64,000 nt of DNA from the NCBI RefSeq assembly GCF_009834535.1, contig NC_045696.1, positions 42,224,001-42,288,000 on the forward strand, read 5' to 3'. Positions 51,648-64,000 of the stretch are shown here, piece by piece. Source of the stretch: Camelus ferus (taxonomy: Eukaryota). The number at the start of each line of letters is the position of its first letter. Positions within the stretch are counted from its first letter, which is position 1. The translations under genes and the position numbers were made by a program. The notes under the pieces were generated by a model. That model searched no databases, had not been told where the DNA came from, and worked only from the letters and a program-made list of their open reading frames with translations.

Positions 51648-53542
51648 GAAAGGAGACCTAAATGACACAGAAAAAAAAGTGCACTGTGTTTGCATCTTGA
51701 TTTATATAAACCAAATATAAAAAAGAATTATGAGACAATTGGAAAAATATCATCAATAATGAGATTTAATAATATTTAGGAATAATTGTTAAATTTGGAT
51801 GTGTGATAATGGTATTGTGATTGTATTTTTAAAGACATTTTTAAAAGTAATGTACATTGAGTGATATATATTGAGATATTTATAATTAAGGTGATATATC
51901 TTGTATTTATTTAAAAATACGGTTGAGGTGGATGGGTGAAAAAGTGGTCAGTATATAGATGAAATGATAATGAAATGTTTTTAGAGTGACAGTAGTATAA
52001 AAATGCTATTTAGACATATTCAGGTAACTACTAGAAGAAATAGCTAAAAAGAGATGCAGCTGGTAGGCTCTGGGGAGGATTATGGGGAGTCCAGGGTACT
52101 GCTTTTTTGTTATAAACTTTTTAGAACTTCTCCACTATTAAAGCTATGTGCATCTAATTCTTTTATGAATAAAAAATAATATTTAAAAAAAAACCCTAAA
52201 ATCCAAAAAAACCCCCAAAAAACACTGGAGAGATGCCATTGTTTTTATTATTTTTTTGTGAAGATGAAGCTTAGTTTGGTTCTATAAAAACTTCTATGTG
52301 TAGAAGATCAAGTTGAATGATACCACAAGGAAACGATCAGCTGAATTCAGAATGTGGGACATTGTGCGTGGGACATTATTTGCTCCTGAGGCAGGTCTGG
52401 CTACCCTCTTTTTCTCTTCAGTCTTTTTTCCTGAATACATTAAGAGAACCAAAGCCTTCTGAGGAGGTGAATATTTACTTTTACTTCTTGCATTTTGTGG
52501 TAACCAGATGAAAACTATTAGCCCAGGCACAGTGGTGGCCAGTTGTTTGCTTCTCTCCGACCCAGTGAGTGGACCCACAGGGCAAACTAGAATCGTTTGC
52601 AGACTGATGTCTTAAGTACTCAGAGTGTGAGAAGCCTCTCTTTTCTTTCCCTTTCTTTTCTTTTTAAAAATGTTTTCTAGCCTAAGCTGGATTGCCAGTC
52701 TAGTTATTCGAGTCCTACATTGGGGGAGAAGGGAATATTTGCCAAATTATTGTTAAGAATGTTATATGAGCTCTTATTTTGCTATTGATTATTGCTTGTG
52801 TGATTGATGCCTTGGCAGGAAGCCCAGAATGGACAAAGAATAAATGGATTATGGTACGAAACCTCACCCTGAGCTTTAACAATTTTCATAGTTACAAGCA
52901 AAACAAACATCTTTTGACCTGCTATTCCTTTTCTGTGTCAGATGCATAGTGTTACCTCTATTGTGGTGACACTTAGGGATAGCCCAGTGCTCCTAGGAGA
53001 CAAAACAACATAGTGACCCAAGGGCATTGTAGATGAGCAGGCCAACAGGATAATGTGCTTTGAAATATGCTTTAAAGCCTCCAGAAATTGATGCATTGTA
53101 ACTGACTACTCCAATTAAAAAAAAAAAAGGCCCTTGCATTCTGAGGTCTGTTCACCAAAGCTCCCAGGTTGCTACAGTACTTAAAGCCACAGCTTTTAGA
53201 GTCAGCCCTTTGTATAAATGCATGAAATCTCCAGAAGCTTTCTGTTAAAATGCAAATGTGTTACTTTGGAGAGAGAACATGTCAACTCTGTGCATCCACA
53301 AACTGCCTAAGCACAGGTTAGTGTATCAAGTTATTTAAGTTTTCAGGAAGGTCCTCAAAAAAGGAATTATAAAATGGTACTTCCTATGGAGAACTATGAG
53401 AAGGCTCAGGGAAGCTATGAGAGTAAGAAAAGAAAAGGAAAACACTGGGAAATGCTTGGGAAGGCATGGCCTGGGTTGGGAGGTAGTGGGTGGGGGAGAA
53501 TGCTGGCCAGAAAGGAGACTGCAAAAATTTTTGTGTTGAGAC

Positions 53543-53748
53543 CAGCAATGTGCATTAGAACTTTCTGCATTGATGAAAACGTTGTTTATCTGCACTATTC
53601 ACCATGGTAGTTATTAGTCATATGTGATGATTGAGCACTTGAAATGTGGCTAGTGCAACTGAGAAAATGAATTTTAAATTTTATTTAATTTTAATTAAAA
53701 GTTAAATAGCCTCATGTAGCTTGTGGCCCTCATATTGGATTGTGATGT
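53543..53748 (+). mobile_element. MER3 (hAT-Charlie)
   Basis: tagaactttctgcattgatgaaaacgtt...ttgagcacttgaaatgtggctagtgcaactgagaaaatgaattttaaattttatttaatttt. Confidence 0.88.
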
Positions 53749-54716
53749 CTAGAGGAAGGATATGGGGGATGGGGAAAAATCAGAGAAAGGCAGTATGTGG
53801 AGGAACCAAAGACACATTTCACTTAGTTCACTTTTTGTGTAGTTATCACTTTGGTAACTAGTACTTTACAAATTACAAACTGTATTATATTTACCAAGTT
53901 AACATGTATCATGAAATTTTGTGTATATTAAATAGATTGACTACAGCAAGCCATATTGATTAGATTTGTCCTTCCTGGTCTTAATGTTTTCATCTGAACA
54001 CAACCAAATGAAGGAAAGAAGAACATTGACTCAGAATTGTCAGAAAAGGGATTCTTTGCTTAATATTCAAGACAGGCTGTAATTACTTTTCCTAACATGT
54101 AATTCTAAGCTTTCCTGTATTTTTTCTTTTGAGTAATGATTGTTTTTCTTCGCTTTTGACACCTAGATCAAGGTACTCATAAGGGCCACAGCCAAGTTCA
54201 CTGAGCCTCAACTATAGTGGAGCCAAAGGATGTTCATACCACCTCTCTCAGAAGTATTGCCACTCCCTGAAACAATCAAACAAACAAGACCAACAACCTC
54301 TCTTTTAATGCTAGTTGGACATACTGGCATAGAAATAGAATTATCCTTCCTAGTATTACTGAGATGTATATGAAAGTTTTTTTAAATTGTTTTTTTATCA
54401 AGGCTGAGCTGTTCAGAAAGTATTAATTAACTAGCACTAGAAAATTTTCATAAATCACTTGATGGCTTTTGGGGGCTGTGCATCCTAGAAGAGAATGAAA
54501 ATAATCTCTTTAAGCACAGTATAAACCAGAACAATCTGTTGTTCAGGAGAAGACAGAGTCCCCTTTGGAATATTTGGAAGGTCCTCCTAGTTAATGTGGT
54601 GGTATATAGCATGTCATCCCCATGCCAGATGGTTACTCTAGAGAGAGAATTTAGTCAGCTTCCGATTTCAAGCCATGTGAAAATCCCCAAGATTTCTGTC
54701 TGTTTCAGGAGTTCTT

Positions 54717-55355
54717 TTTTCTTTTTCTTTTTCTTATTTTTTTACTTTTTTTCATTGAAGTCAGTTTACAATGTTGTGTCAATTTCTGGTGTACAGCACA
54801 GTGCTTCAGTCATTATGAATATACGTATATTCGTTTTCATATTCTTTTTCACCGTAAACTACTACAAGATATCAAATATAGTTCCCTGTGCTATACAGTG
54901 TAAACTTGTTTATCTATTTTATATATACCAGTCAGAGTCTGCAAATCTCGAACTCCCAATTTATCCCTTCCCACCCCTTTTCCCCCTGGTAACCATAAGT
55001 TTGTTTTCTATGTCTGTGAGTCTGTTTCTGTTTTATAAATAAGTTCATTTGTCTTTTGTTTTTTTTTAGATTCCACGTATGAGTGATATCATATGGTATT
55101 TTTCTTTTTCTTTCTGGCTTACTTCACTTAGAATGACATTCTCCAGGGCCATCCATGTTGCTGCAAATGGCATTATTTTATTCATTTTTATGAATGAATA
55201 GTATTCCATTGTATAAATATACCACAACTTCTTTATCCAGTCATCTGTTGATGGACATTTAGGTTGTTTCCATGTCTTGGCTATTGTAAATAGTGCTGCT
55301 ATGAACATTGGGGTGCAGGTGTCTTTTTGAATTAATGTTCCCTCTGGATATATGC
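54717..55355 (-). mobile_element. Young L1, 5'-truncated (~640 bp)
   Basis: ORF2 C-terminal peptide [37 protein letters not shown] (55066-55308); TSD ctgtttcaggagttctt / ctgtttccagaattctt. Confidence 0.93.
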
Positions 55356-56689
55356 CTGTTTCCAGAATTCTTAATTCTTATGGTCACCCATGACTCTGAA
55401 ATGCTATTTCCTCTGAACTAATTGGCTTAGATCATGAATCACCTCACCAATCTGGAGCTGGTATTTCTGTTCTGTACTATGTCAAACCAGATGTACAACT
55501 TACTCTTTTATTCATTTCCCACAGATTCCTGCCATCACAAAGCAGTGCACGAGAATTAAAAATTTCATGTATGAGTTGTGGCCTAAGACTCTCTGAAAAT
55601 TGTCTTGAGGTCAATGGAGGTGGAGGATCCTCTTACGACACTTAAATAGGGGGGAGACCAAAGAATTGTTGATAGTCATCAGGGAAAGTGCACCCATGGC
55701 CACAAGCCAGCAAACTTCAAAAAAACTTTTGGAAAGGGATGCAGATATAGTTGAAAGGAGTCATATATAAAAAGTAAACACAAAGATATAACATTCTGCT
55801 GAAATTTTTTGTCTCTCGTTACCAAAATGTAACACTGTCTTAACGCAGAAGAGCTGACTTCCTTATCAGCAGAAACTGAGTATTTTTTCTTTTAATAAGA
55901 CCACTTCGGTTCAGTGGTGACCTATATGGTAAAAAGGAGAAAGTGAAATGTTGTGAAAAAAGAAGTAAAATTTAATTTTTCTCATCCTTGTCAGCTGTCT
56001 TCCTAGCTGTGCCATCAGTTATACTGTCTCAAGAGGTTCACTAGGAGCTTCTCGAAATTCTTGAGGAGTTATATCCATTTTCAACCCCCAAGTCAGGAAA
56101 AAATGGTCCAAATACCAGTTCTGTTCTTTCTACCTCTTCTGGCTTCTTTTATGAACAGCTCCCCAACCAGACTTCTTTAAAATTTTATTGAGGAGCTACT
56201 TCAGAAAATTTATAATGTCTGATTATTGATTTTTTTCTCTTGCAGCTTGTTAGAATGATGGATTACACTGATTGTTCAAATAACCCACCTTACATTCTTG
56301 GGATGAACCCCACTTTGTAGTGATGTGTTCTTTTTGTATTTTTGTTGGATTTAATTTATTAATATTTTATTAAGTATTTTTGTGTTTATGTCCATTAAGT
56401 ATATTTGCCTGTAATGTTCTTTTCTTGTACTGTTTATTTTTCTGATTTTGGTACCAGGGTAAAACTGGCTTTGCAGAATGAGTTGAGAAGTGTTACCTTC
56501 TCTTCTATCTTCTGGAAGATAATTGTAGAATAGGTTATTTCTTCTTTAAATCTTTGGTAGAATTCACCAATAAAACCATCTAGGCCTGGAGTTTTCAACT
56601 TAGGAAGGCTTATAAACTATGAATTTCATTTCTTTAATAGAGTCATTCAAATTATATGTTTCTTATTAGGTGAGTTGTGGTAGTTTGTG

Positions 56690-56753
56690 GTTTGTTTTTA
56701 AATTGAAGTATAATGAGTTTACAATGTTGTGTCAATTTCTGGTGTACAGCACA
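56690..56753 (-). mobile_element. Young ~60-bp L1 3' end
   Basis: aattgaagtataatgagtttacaatgttgtgtcaatttctggtgtacagcac; TSD agtttgtg (56682-56689, 56754-56761). Confidence 0.85.
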
Positions 56754-57129
56754 AGTTTGTGTTTTTTGATAAATTGGTCCACTTTACCCAAATTGTCAAA
56801 TTTATGTGTGTAGAGTTTTTTGTAGTATTCTCTCATTATCCTTTTGGTATCTGCAGAGATGGTAGTGATGTCTCTTATTTTGTTCCTGATATTGACAATT
56901 TGTGTCCTCTTTTTTATTTGTCAATCTAGTTAAAGGTTTATTAATTTTATCATTTTTTCAAAGAGTCAGTTTTTAAAATTTTCTGTATTTTTCTGTTTTC
57001 AGTTTCTTTGATTTATGCTCTTATTTTTGTCATTTCCTTCCTTTTGCTAGCTTTGGGTATATTTTGGTCTTTTTTTCCTAGTTTGGAGTAGAGTTTTAAA
57101 TTGTTGATTTGAGAAATTTCCTTTCCTAA

Positions 57130-58150
57130 GTTTTTTTCCCCTTTTTATGGAAGTGTAGTTAATTTACAATATCATATTAGTTTCAGGTATATAGCATATA
57201 TACCTGATTCTAGTGATTCAATATTTTTATAGATTATACTTTATGTAAAGTTATTACAAAATAATGGCTATATTCCCTGTGCTGTATAATATATCCTTGT
57301 AGCTTATTTACTTTATACATAGTAATTTTTACCTCTTAATCCTCTACCCCTATCTTGCCCCTCACCACTTCCCTCTACTCACTGGTAATCATTAGTTTGT
57401 TCTCTGTGTCTGTTCTCTATGTCTGTGAGTTTCTGTTTTGTTATATTCATTCATTTTATTTTTTAGATTCCACATATGAGTGATAACATGCATATTATGT
57501 CTAAATTATTTCATTATGCACAATACCCTCTAGATCTGTTCATGTTGTTGCATATGGCAAAATTTCATGCTTTTTTATGGCTGAATAGTATTCTGTTCTC
57601 TATATATACACATTTTCTTTATCCATTCATCTGTTGATAGACACTTAGGTTGTTTCCATATCTTGGCCATTGTTAATAATGCTGCTATGAACATTGGGGT
57701 GTGTGTAGCTTTTCAAATTAGTGTTTTTATTTTCTTTGGCTATATACCTAGGAGTAGAATTGCTGTGTCATATGGTAGTTGTATTTTTAATTTTTTGAGG
57801 AATTTCCATACTATTTTCCACAGTGACTGTGCCAACTTACATTTCCACCAACAGTCTACAAGGGTTCCCTTTACACCATGTTCTTGTCAAAATTTGTTAT
57901 TTGTGGTCCTTTTGATGAAAGCCATTTTGATAGGTGTGAGGTGATATCTCATTGTGGTTTTGATTTGCATTTCTCTAGTGATTGGCAATGTTGAACATTT
58001 TTTCATTTGCCTGTTGGCCATCTGTATGTCTTCTTTGGAAAAATGTCTATTCAGGCTTCTGCTCATTTTTTAACCTGGTTGTTTGTTTTGTTGATATTGA
58101 GTTGCACAAGGTATTTGTACATTTTGAATATTAACCCCTTATTGATCATA
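57130..58150 (-). mobile_element. Intermediate-age L1 3' end (~1 kb) nested in the old L1M
   Basis: ttatggaagtgtagttaatttacaatatcatattagtttcagg 3' end plus ORF2 C-terminal sequence. Confidence 0.88.
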
Positions 58151-61123
58151 ATATCCCTCTAAACACTGCTTAGGCTGTATCCCACACATTTTAATATGTT
58201 GATTCTTCGTTTTCATTCAGTTCAAAACATTTAACAATTTCTCTTAATAATTCCCTCTTTGATCAATAGATTATTTAAAATTATGTGGTTTAATTATCAT
58301 ATATTTAAAGATTTCCTAGTTATCTTCCTGCTATTGAATTCTATTTTAACCCTATTATGATCAGAGAACATATTTTGTATAGTTTCATTAAAAAATTTTG
58401 TTGAGGTCTGTTTTGACACAGGATATGGTCTGTCTTGCAATATGTTTCATCTGCACTTGAGCAGAATGTGTATTCTATCTTTTGGTGGAATTTTATAAAT
58501 GTTAATTAGCTCTGGTTAGTTAATAGTATTGTTCTATTCTTTGATATCTTTGCTAATTTATAAAATATACATGCTTTTTAAATTACTGAATGAGAGTATT
58601 GAAGTCTCCAACTATTATTAGAGGCTTCTCTTTTTAATGCTGTCAGTTTTTATCTCATGTATTTTGAGGCTCTGTTGTTAGGTAATACATGTTTAGGATT
58701 GTTATATTCTTGGTGAATGTAACATATACCTTGAATCATTAGGTAATGTCTGTCTTTAGCCCTCTTAACTTTTCCTTGCTACAAGATTTCTTTTTTCCCG
58801 TGTTAACAGCCATTCCTATTTTCTTTCAGTTGATACTTGCATGCTACACCTTTCTTATTCTTTTACTTCTAATTTACCTGTATTGTTATATTTAAAGTGG
58901 GTTTGTTGTAACATGTAGTTGGATCTTTTTTTGGTACATTCTGAAATCTATATTTTAAAATTGGTGTGTTTAAAGAATTTACTTTTAATGTAATTATATG
59001 TTTAGATTTGTGTATGTTTAAAACAAATAGGTCTACTCTTTTATTATTTTTTCTCTTGTTTTCCTCTAATTTTTGTTCCTTTCTTTCTACTTTCCTCTTT
59101 TCCTTTATGATATTTGAATATTTTCTTAATATTTCCTTTTATCTATTGAGTTGTTGACTATACCTCTGTGTGTTTTTTGTGTGTATTTGAATGGTTGCTC
59201 TAGAGATTACAGTGTATTTTTACTTAACTTTTTGCAGTCTACTTAGAATTAATATTTTATCACTTCACAGGGAATATAGAAATCATACCACATATAGATC
59301 CCATAATGTAATTTTCATATACATTATACTGACATATAATGAGACCCGATGGGACAATGTTAACCATTTTTGCTTTTATCTGACATAACTATTTAAATAA
59401 CTTAGCAGAAAATAGTCTCATATTTATTCAGATAGTTATCGTTTCTGTTGTCCGTCCTTCACTTCCAAAGTTTCAAGCTTCCCTTTGATATCATTTTCCT
59501 TTTTTCTTCAGATCTTCCTTTAATATTTCTTTCTGAATATGTCTGCTGTTGACAAATTCTTCTAGTTTTTCTTCATCTGATAAATGTTTCAATTTCTTCT
59601 TCATTTTTTGAAGGATATTTTCACTGGGTGTAGAACTCTTAATTGATGGTTCTTTTATTTCAGCACATTAAAAATTATACTCTTCAGGCATCCATGGTTT
59701 CCAATGGAGAATCTGTAGCACTTCACATTGTTGTTCCCGTCTATGTAATGCATTGTTTTTCTCTGGCTGCTTTCAAGAAATTTTCTTTATTTTTAGTTTT
59801 CAGAAGTTTGGTGATGATGTGTCTGGGCATTAATTCCATTTAGTTTATCCTGTTTTGGGATCCATTGAGCTTAAATCTATAAGTTTATGTCTTTTCCAAA
59901 ATTTATGAAGTTTTCAGCCATTATTTATTCAAATAGTTTTCTCTGTACCTATTCTTTTCCCTCTTCTTTTGGGTTTTAAATGGAATAAATGTTAGATCTT
60001 TTGATATTGTCCTACAGCCCCTTGAGGCTCTGCTTATTTTTCTAGATCATTTTCCCCTCTTTTTTGTTCAGATTAGGTAATTTCTATTGATCTGTCTGAA
60101 AGTTTATTAAGAGTTTCCTCTGTCACCTCCGTTTTGATATTGAGCTCATCCAGTGAAGTTTTGTTTGGTTATTATATTTTTTAGTTCTAAAATTTCCATT
60201 TGGCTTTATAATTTTTTACATATTCTATTCTATTCATGTTAAGTTCTTCCCCATCTTTCTATTTGTTTCTTGAGTGCTTAACTTTACTTCTTGAAGCAAG
60301 TTATAATAGCTGCTTTATAGGTGTTATCTCACAATTTTAACACTCATGTCATCTTTAGGTTAGCATCTGGCAATTGCCTCTTTTCAAGATGTTGAAAATT
60401 TCCTAGCATTTTGTATATAAAATAATTTTGGAATGTATCCTGGATTTTTAAATATTCTGTATGTTACTCTAGGTCTTTTTAAAAATCATATGGGAAAACT
60501 TTTTTTTTTTTTCTTTTAACAAGACATCTACCTTGTTAGGTTCAGATCTTACCTTCTGTAGAGTATGGCTCCATTTCAGGTTGTTTTTCACAGTCTTTTT
60601 AGTGCTTTTCTGATCAGTCCTGTGCAAATATCACCAGTAGCCAGTCTGGGATCTGGTCAGTGATCTACCTTATAGTTCAGTTATCAAAACCTTTGATATA
60701 CTGTTTGGGGTTAGATCTATGAATTCACAACTGTAAAGTGAGCATAAGACTTTATACACAATTTTATGGGATCATTTTCTCTAGTTCCATCCTCTCTGTG
60801 ATGTACCTAATACTTTCTGGCTCCCAGTATCCAATCCTCCTCCCATTCCTCTGGCAATAAAGCTAGGACTTTAGTCTTTCCACTCTCTTGCATATTTCCT
60901 ATAATTGCCTCTGCCTCTGGGGTTAAGTAGTGATTATATAAAGGGAAAAAAAGCAATGGAATTCCTTGTATATTCTTGGCTCCACTAAGAATCAGGCCAT
61001 TTGGCAGAGAAAAGGGTTCCCCTCCTCCTTTCTGCACAGCCACTGCTGTCATCATCACTACCACCATGTAGGATTTCCTGGGAACTGGGGTGATTTACTT
61101 AGTAATTTAATTGCCTGTGAGAA

Positions 61124-61312
61124 AAACAAATCAACATCTTCAGAGGATGATAGAAGAGTCCAGAGTCTCTCTAATGTATCATTCACTATGCCTGGTTATA
61201 ATAACATAGCAGGCCTGCTGAAACACAAATAAACATGCTTCAGAGGAAGGTAATAGAATCCAGACTCTTTATGAGGTATCATTCACTATGTCTAGTTATA
61301 ATAACATAGCAG
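61124..61312. repeat. Diverged 100-bp tandem duplication
   Basis: gtatcattcactatg at 61176 and 61276; gttataataacatagcag in both copies. Confidence 0.9.
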
Positions 61313-64000
61313 AAAATCAAATTACTGGGTGATAGACTGAAATTTGATTTTAAGTTTGGTAGACAGAAGATTGGTTTTTAGTTTTCTCTGAGTGAGTGTG
61401 TGGGAAACCCAAGATGTTTATCAAGCTTATACTCCAGACTTTAGACCGTTTTTCCTTGCAGAGTGCAACAAATCAAATCTCTGCTAGCTTCTTTTACCCT
61501 TCCAGTTGTTATTTTTCACTGGATCCTTCTTTCAGTTTCTGCCTTCTTCTGGTCACTCTAGAATGACGTCATTTCATACTATATTATTCTATAACATTAA
61601 AATTATTTTCCAGATCTATCCATATTGTAGATCTAATTCATTCATTCAAACTATCAGATTACTATTTTAAAGCTGTTAGTGGTTTTCTCTGTTGCTCTAA
61701 GGGTAAAGGCATAATTCGTCTTTGGGTCATGGTTGTGTTTTTTCTTTTGGGAAAAACTTTAATGCCACTTCAAGTTATCCATAGGTAAATCCAAAATGCC
61801 ACTCTGGAATGGAAAAGTTAGGGACAAGGAAAAGCTCAGCTGTTCTGTAATAGAAAACCTTGACTCTGTTGTGGGCAGAGTGGTGATTGTACAGATTTTA
61901 TGATCTCATGCTGATTAAGTGGGGGAGCAGTAGAAACTGAGGGCTCTTTTGGGATATTTCTATGAGAGGTAAGATGGACCTTGAAAATGGCAGCAAGCTG
62001 CAACACTAAAGAGGGAGAAGGCCAGGTCAAAGACTTCTGCTGAAGAGATATGACCAGTTGTCTCCAAAGTAGAAATAACTGATATCCAATTTTAAACTTT
62101 TTTTTTCTCTGACTTTAAATGTCCTTTTATAATATCCTAGTCTTCAGTAAAGAGGCATGGACTTTTGAGAGGTGCAGCAACAGAGATCCCTGGAGCATCT
62201 GCCTAAATTGACAGTGGATACATAACAACCTACACAGATTTGTGGAATGTGTATATGCAGTCACTGAGACCCTTAAAAATACTTAGAGAGAGGATCCTGT
62301 AAAAGACTGAGTATTATGTTGTGTAAGTGGACTGGGAGACTTTGATTATTTTTATTTGGGGAGTAAAGGGAAGACCTCTGAAAATTGAAGTCTTTGTAAT
62401 GTCCTTAATGAAAAGACAGAAAAAGTGATTCACTCCAGGAGTACACAGCAGCCATATCTAAAATTATTAATCTCACCATTTAATTTCATAGCAATTTCAG
62501 AATGCTCTATGCAATACTTGAATTACAGTAGGTAGTTCCACAAGTGAACTTTCTATAGAGTCATGAAATTAACAATACTTTACTCTCTCAAAGGGTTCAA
62601 GTTCTGGGTAGAGGTAACAAATTCATATTTCATAGTTACTGAGGACCAACTGCAGATCAAAAATTGCCTAAAATTATGATTCAGCAGAAAGAAGAAAATA
62701 TTTAATTTTCAAATATAGTTTAAATTGGAAAATATATTTTTAAGTTAAATGAACTACAAGCACTTTGTGGTGAATCTTGCAGCATTTTTTTTTTTCTACC
62801 AGCTATTTCTTACTGTACATTTTCAAGTATTAGTGCTTAATGTTCACATTGTTTTTTCAGGCTGCACTAATGAGTGCTCTTAGATCAGAGTGTTAGAGCT
62901 CTGAGGGTTTGTGACTAAGAAAGAACCAAAAAAAAAGAGAAAAACCCTCAAAATAGTGGTTTTCATTTTTATTTTAAATTAAATGAATTGCTCTTTAGTA
63001 AATGATTTTTAGAATCGTTGGTCTCTTTTTTCATCTGATTTCCAAGGTATTCATGATAATTGAACCAGGTCATGATTCACAAATGTTTCTAAAATTGTAT
63101 TTTTCCTAGAAGAGATGAATATCTTCTCAAACATTTATATTTACAATTACTCATTACAATTACAATTACAAAAATCTGGCTATAGATTCCATTGATGAAT
63201 TCTTTATTGATGAGTAGAGTTTTGGAAAAAAAGCACTTTATTACTATTTTTTTATATCTTAGGGACCTCATCATTTAAACTGAGCTTTCCATATTTCTTA
63301 CAACATAAAGTTAATTTAACTCATTGGAAGCTCATATTGCCCAAAATTTAGGTTTTAGCAACTCTCCTACAGTTTATACAATAAGCTATGCCGGCTGGTT
63401 TAAATGTTTAACTTATAAGCAATAACTCTAATGATTCTTGCTAAGCTCTGGAGGAAATTTCAATTGCTTTTCTTTTGTTAGAAGATGTAAATTGAAGATC
63501 TATAGGTTATTCTATAGTAATGCCAACTATCCTTGAAGTCTTAAGTTCTGATAATGTTTTGGTTTGCTTGAAGTATTGCTAGTTGATCAGTTTATTAATC
63601 TCCTAATTGCTGTTTAAAGGATTCACTATTTTCCCTGTATTGGACCTATTCCTGCCTTGGAAAAAAGGAGAGAATGAACTGCTACATTTACTGTGGCACC
63701 TTTGACTTACTCATAGTACAATTTGTTTTAAGCTAGAGGTCTCTAAGAAAAAGTGGTTGAGATTTCTGTTGACCCTTTATGATTCATTGCTTTATGAACC
63801 TTTATGATTCATTGCTTAGTTACAGTTTGTTAAGAGCAGATACAGTATATATTATGCCACTTAGAAAGAAAAATAAAGAGCCTTGCTTAGAAAAATACAT
63901 TTCAACATCAAAGCCATAGATATGCATTTTCAACCTACTCTGGGCCAGTTTGGATTTTGACTTTTTGATTATAGAGAGACATTAACTACTTTAAAAAAGG

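Larger units (their letters stand above)
50560..52190 (+). mobile_element. Old L1MC/ME-type 3' region hosting MER20 and a young L1
   Basis: gaggaacatgtta...ggggatgcaatcagcc...; resumes after 51648 (gagaccta...gtgtgataatggtattgtgattg). Confidence 0.7.
56250..61000 (-). mobile_element. Long old L1M internal/5' region (ORF2 to ORF1), with two nested L1s
   Basis: T-rich reverse-strand L1 body (tttggtagaattcaccaataaaaccatctaggcctgg; attgaagtctccaactatt; ttttctctggctgctttcaag). Confidence 0.85.

Noticed and set aside
54539..55042. Longest ORF (167 aa)
   Set aside because: It runs through the poly(T) tail and antisense 3' UTR of a young L1; a chance reading frame.
55066..55308. ORFs [19 protein letters not shown] (also 25905-26363) as a repeated small gene
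   Set aside because: C-terminus of L1 ORF2 in 5'-truncated copies, not a host gene.
54150..63500. Isolated strong plus-strand acceptors (~54167, 55524, 56246, 61461, 62860)
   Set aside because: No convincing paired donors or continuous frame; such signals are common in T-rich intronic DNA.

Overview
AT-rich, CpG-depleted placental-mammal DNA that reads as intronic or intergenic. The youngest L1 3' ends look like cetartiodactyl L1s, most like camelid ones from my recall, and I saw no ruminant Bov-tA/BovB, pig PRE1 or primate Alu; the species call is inference. No known protein-coding gene, RNA gene or CRISPR-like array could be supported. The ORF track consists of L1 ORF2 remnants and chance ORFs. 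The window is dominated by interspersed repeats: about 12 young 5'-truncated L1s (most with visible target-site duplications, TSDs), older L1MA/MC/ME fragments, a long CR1/L3 relic, L2/MIR, MLT1 LTRs, and the DNA transposons MER3, MER20, MER33, MER91A and a Tigger-like element. Non-repeat highlights are a small CpG-island promoter-like element at ~34.5 kb (GC box, BANP/Kaiso-type, YY1 and NRF1-like motifs), a HOX/CDX+AP-1+CRE motif cluster at ~1.3-1.6 kb, and several exon-like segments. These segments, plus a strong minus-strand bias of L1s and LTRs, suggest an unidentified plus-strand transcription unit. Structural oddities include a twin-primed inverted L1 that contains a ~100 bp twin-primed mini-L1. 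I found no convincing previously undescribed biological system. Repeat family names come from recalled consensus sequences, not from a search, and boundaries are approximate unless a TSD is cited.
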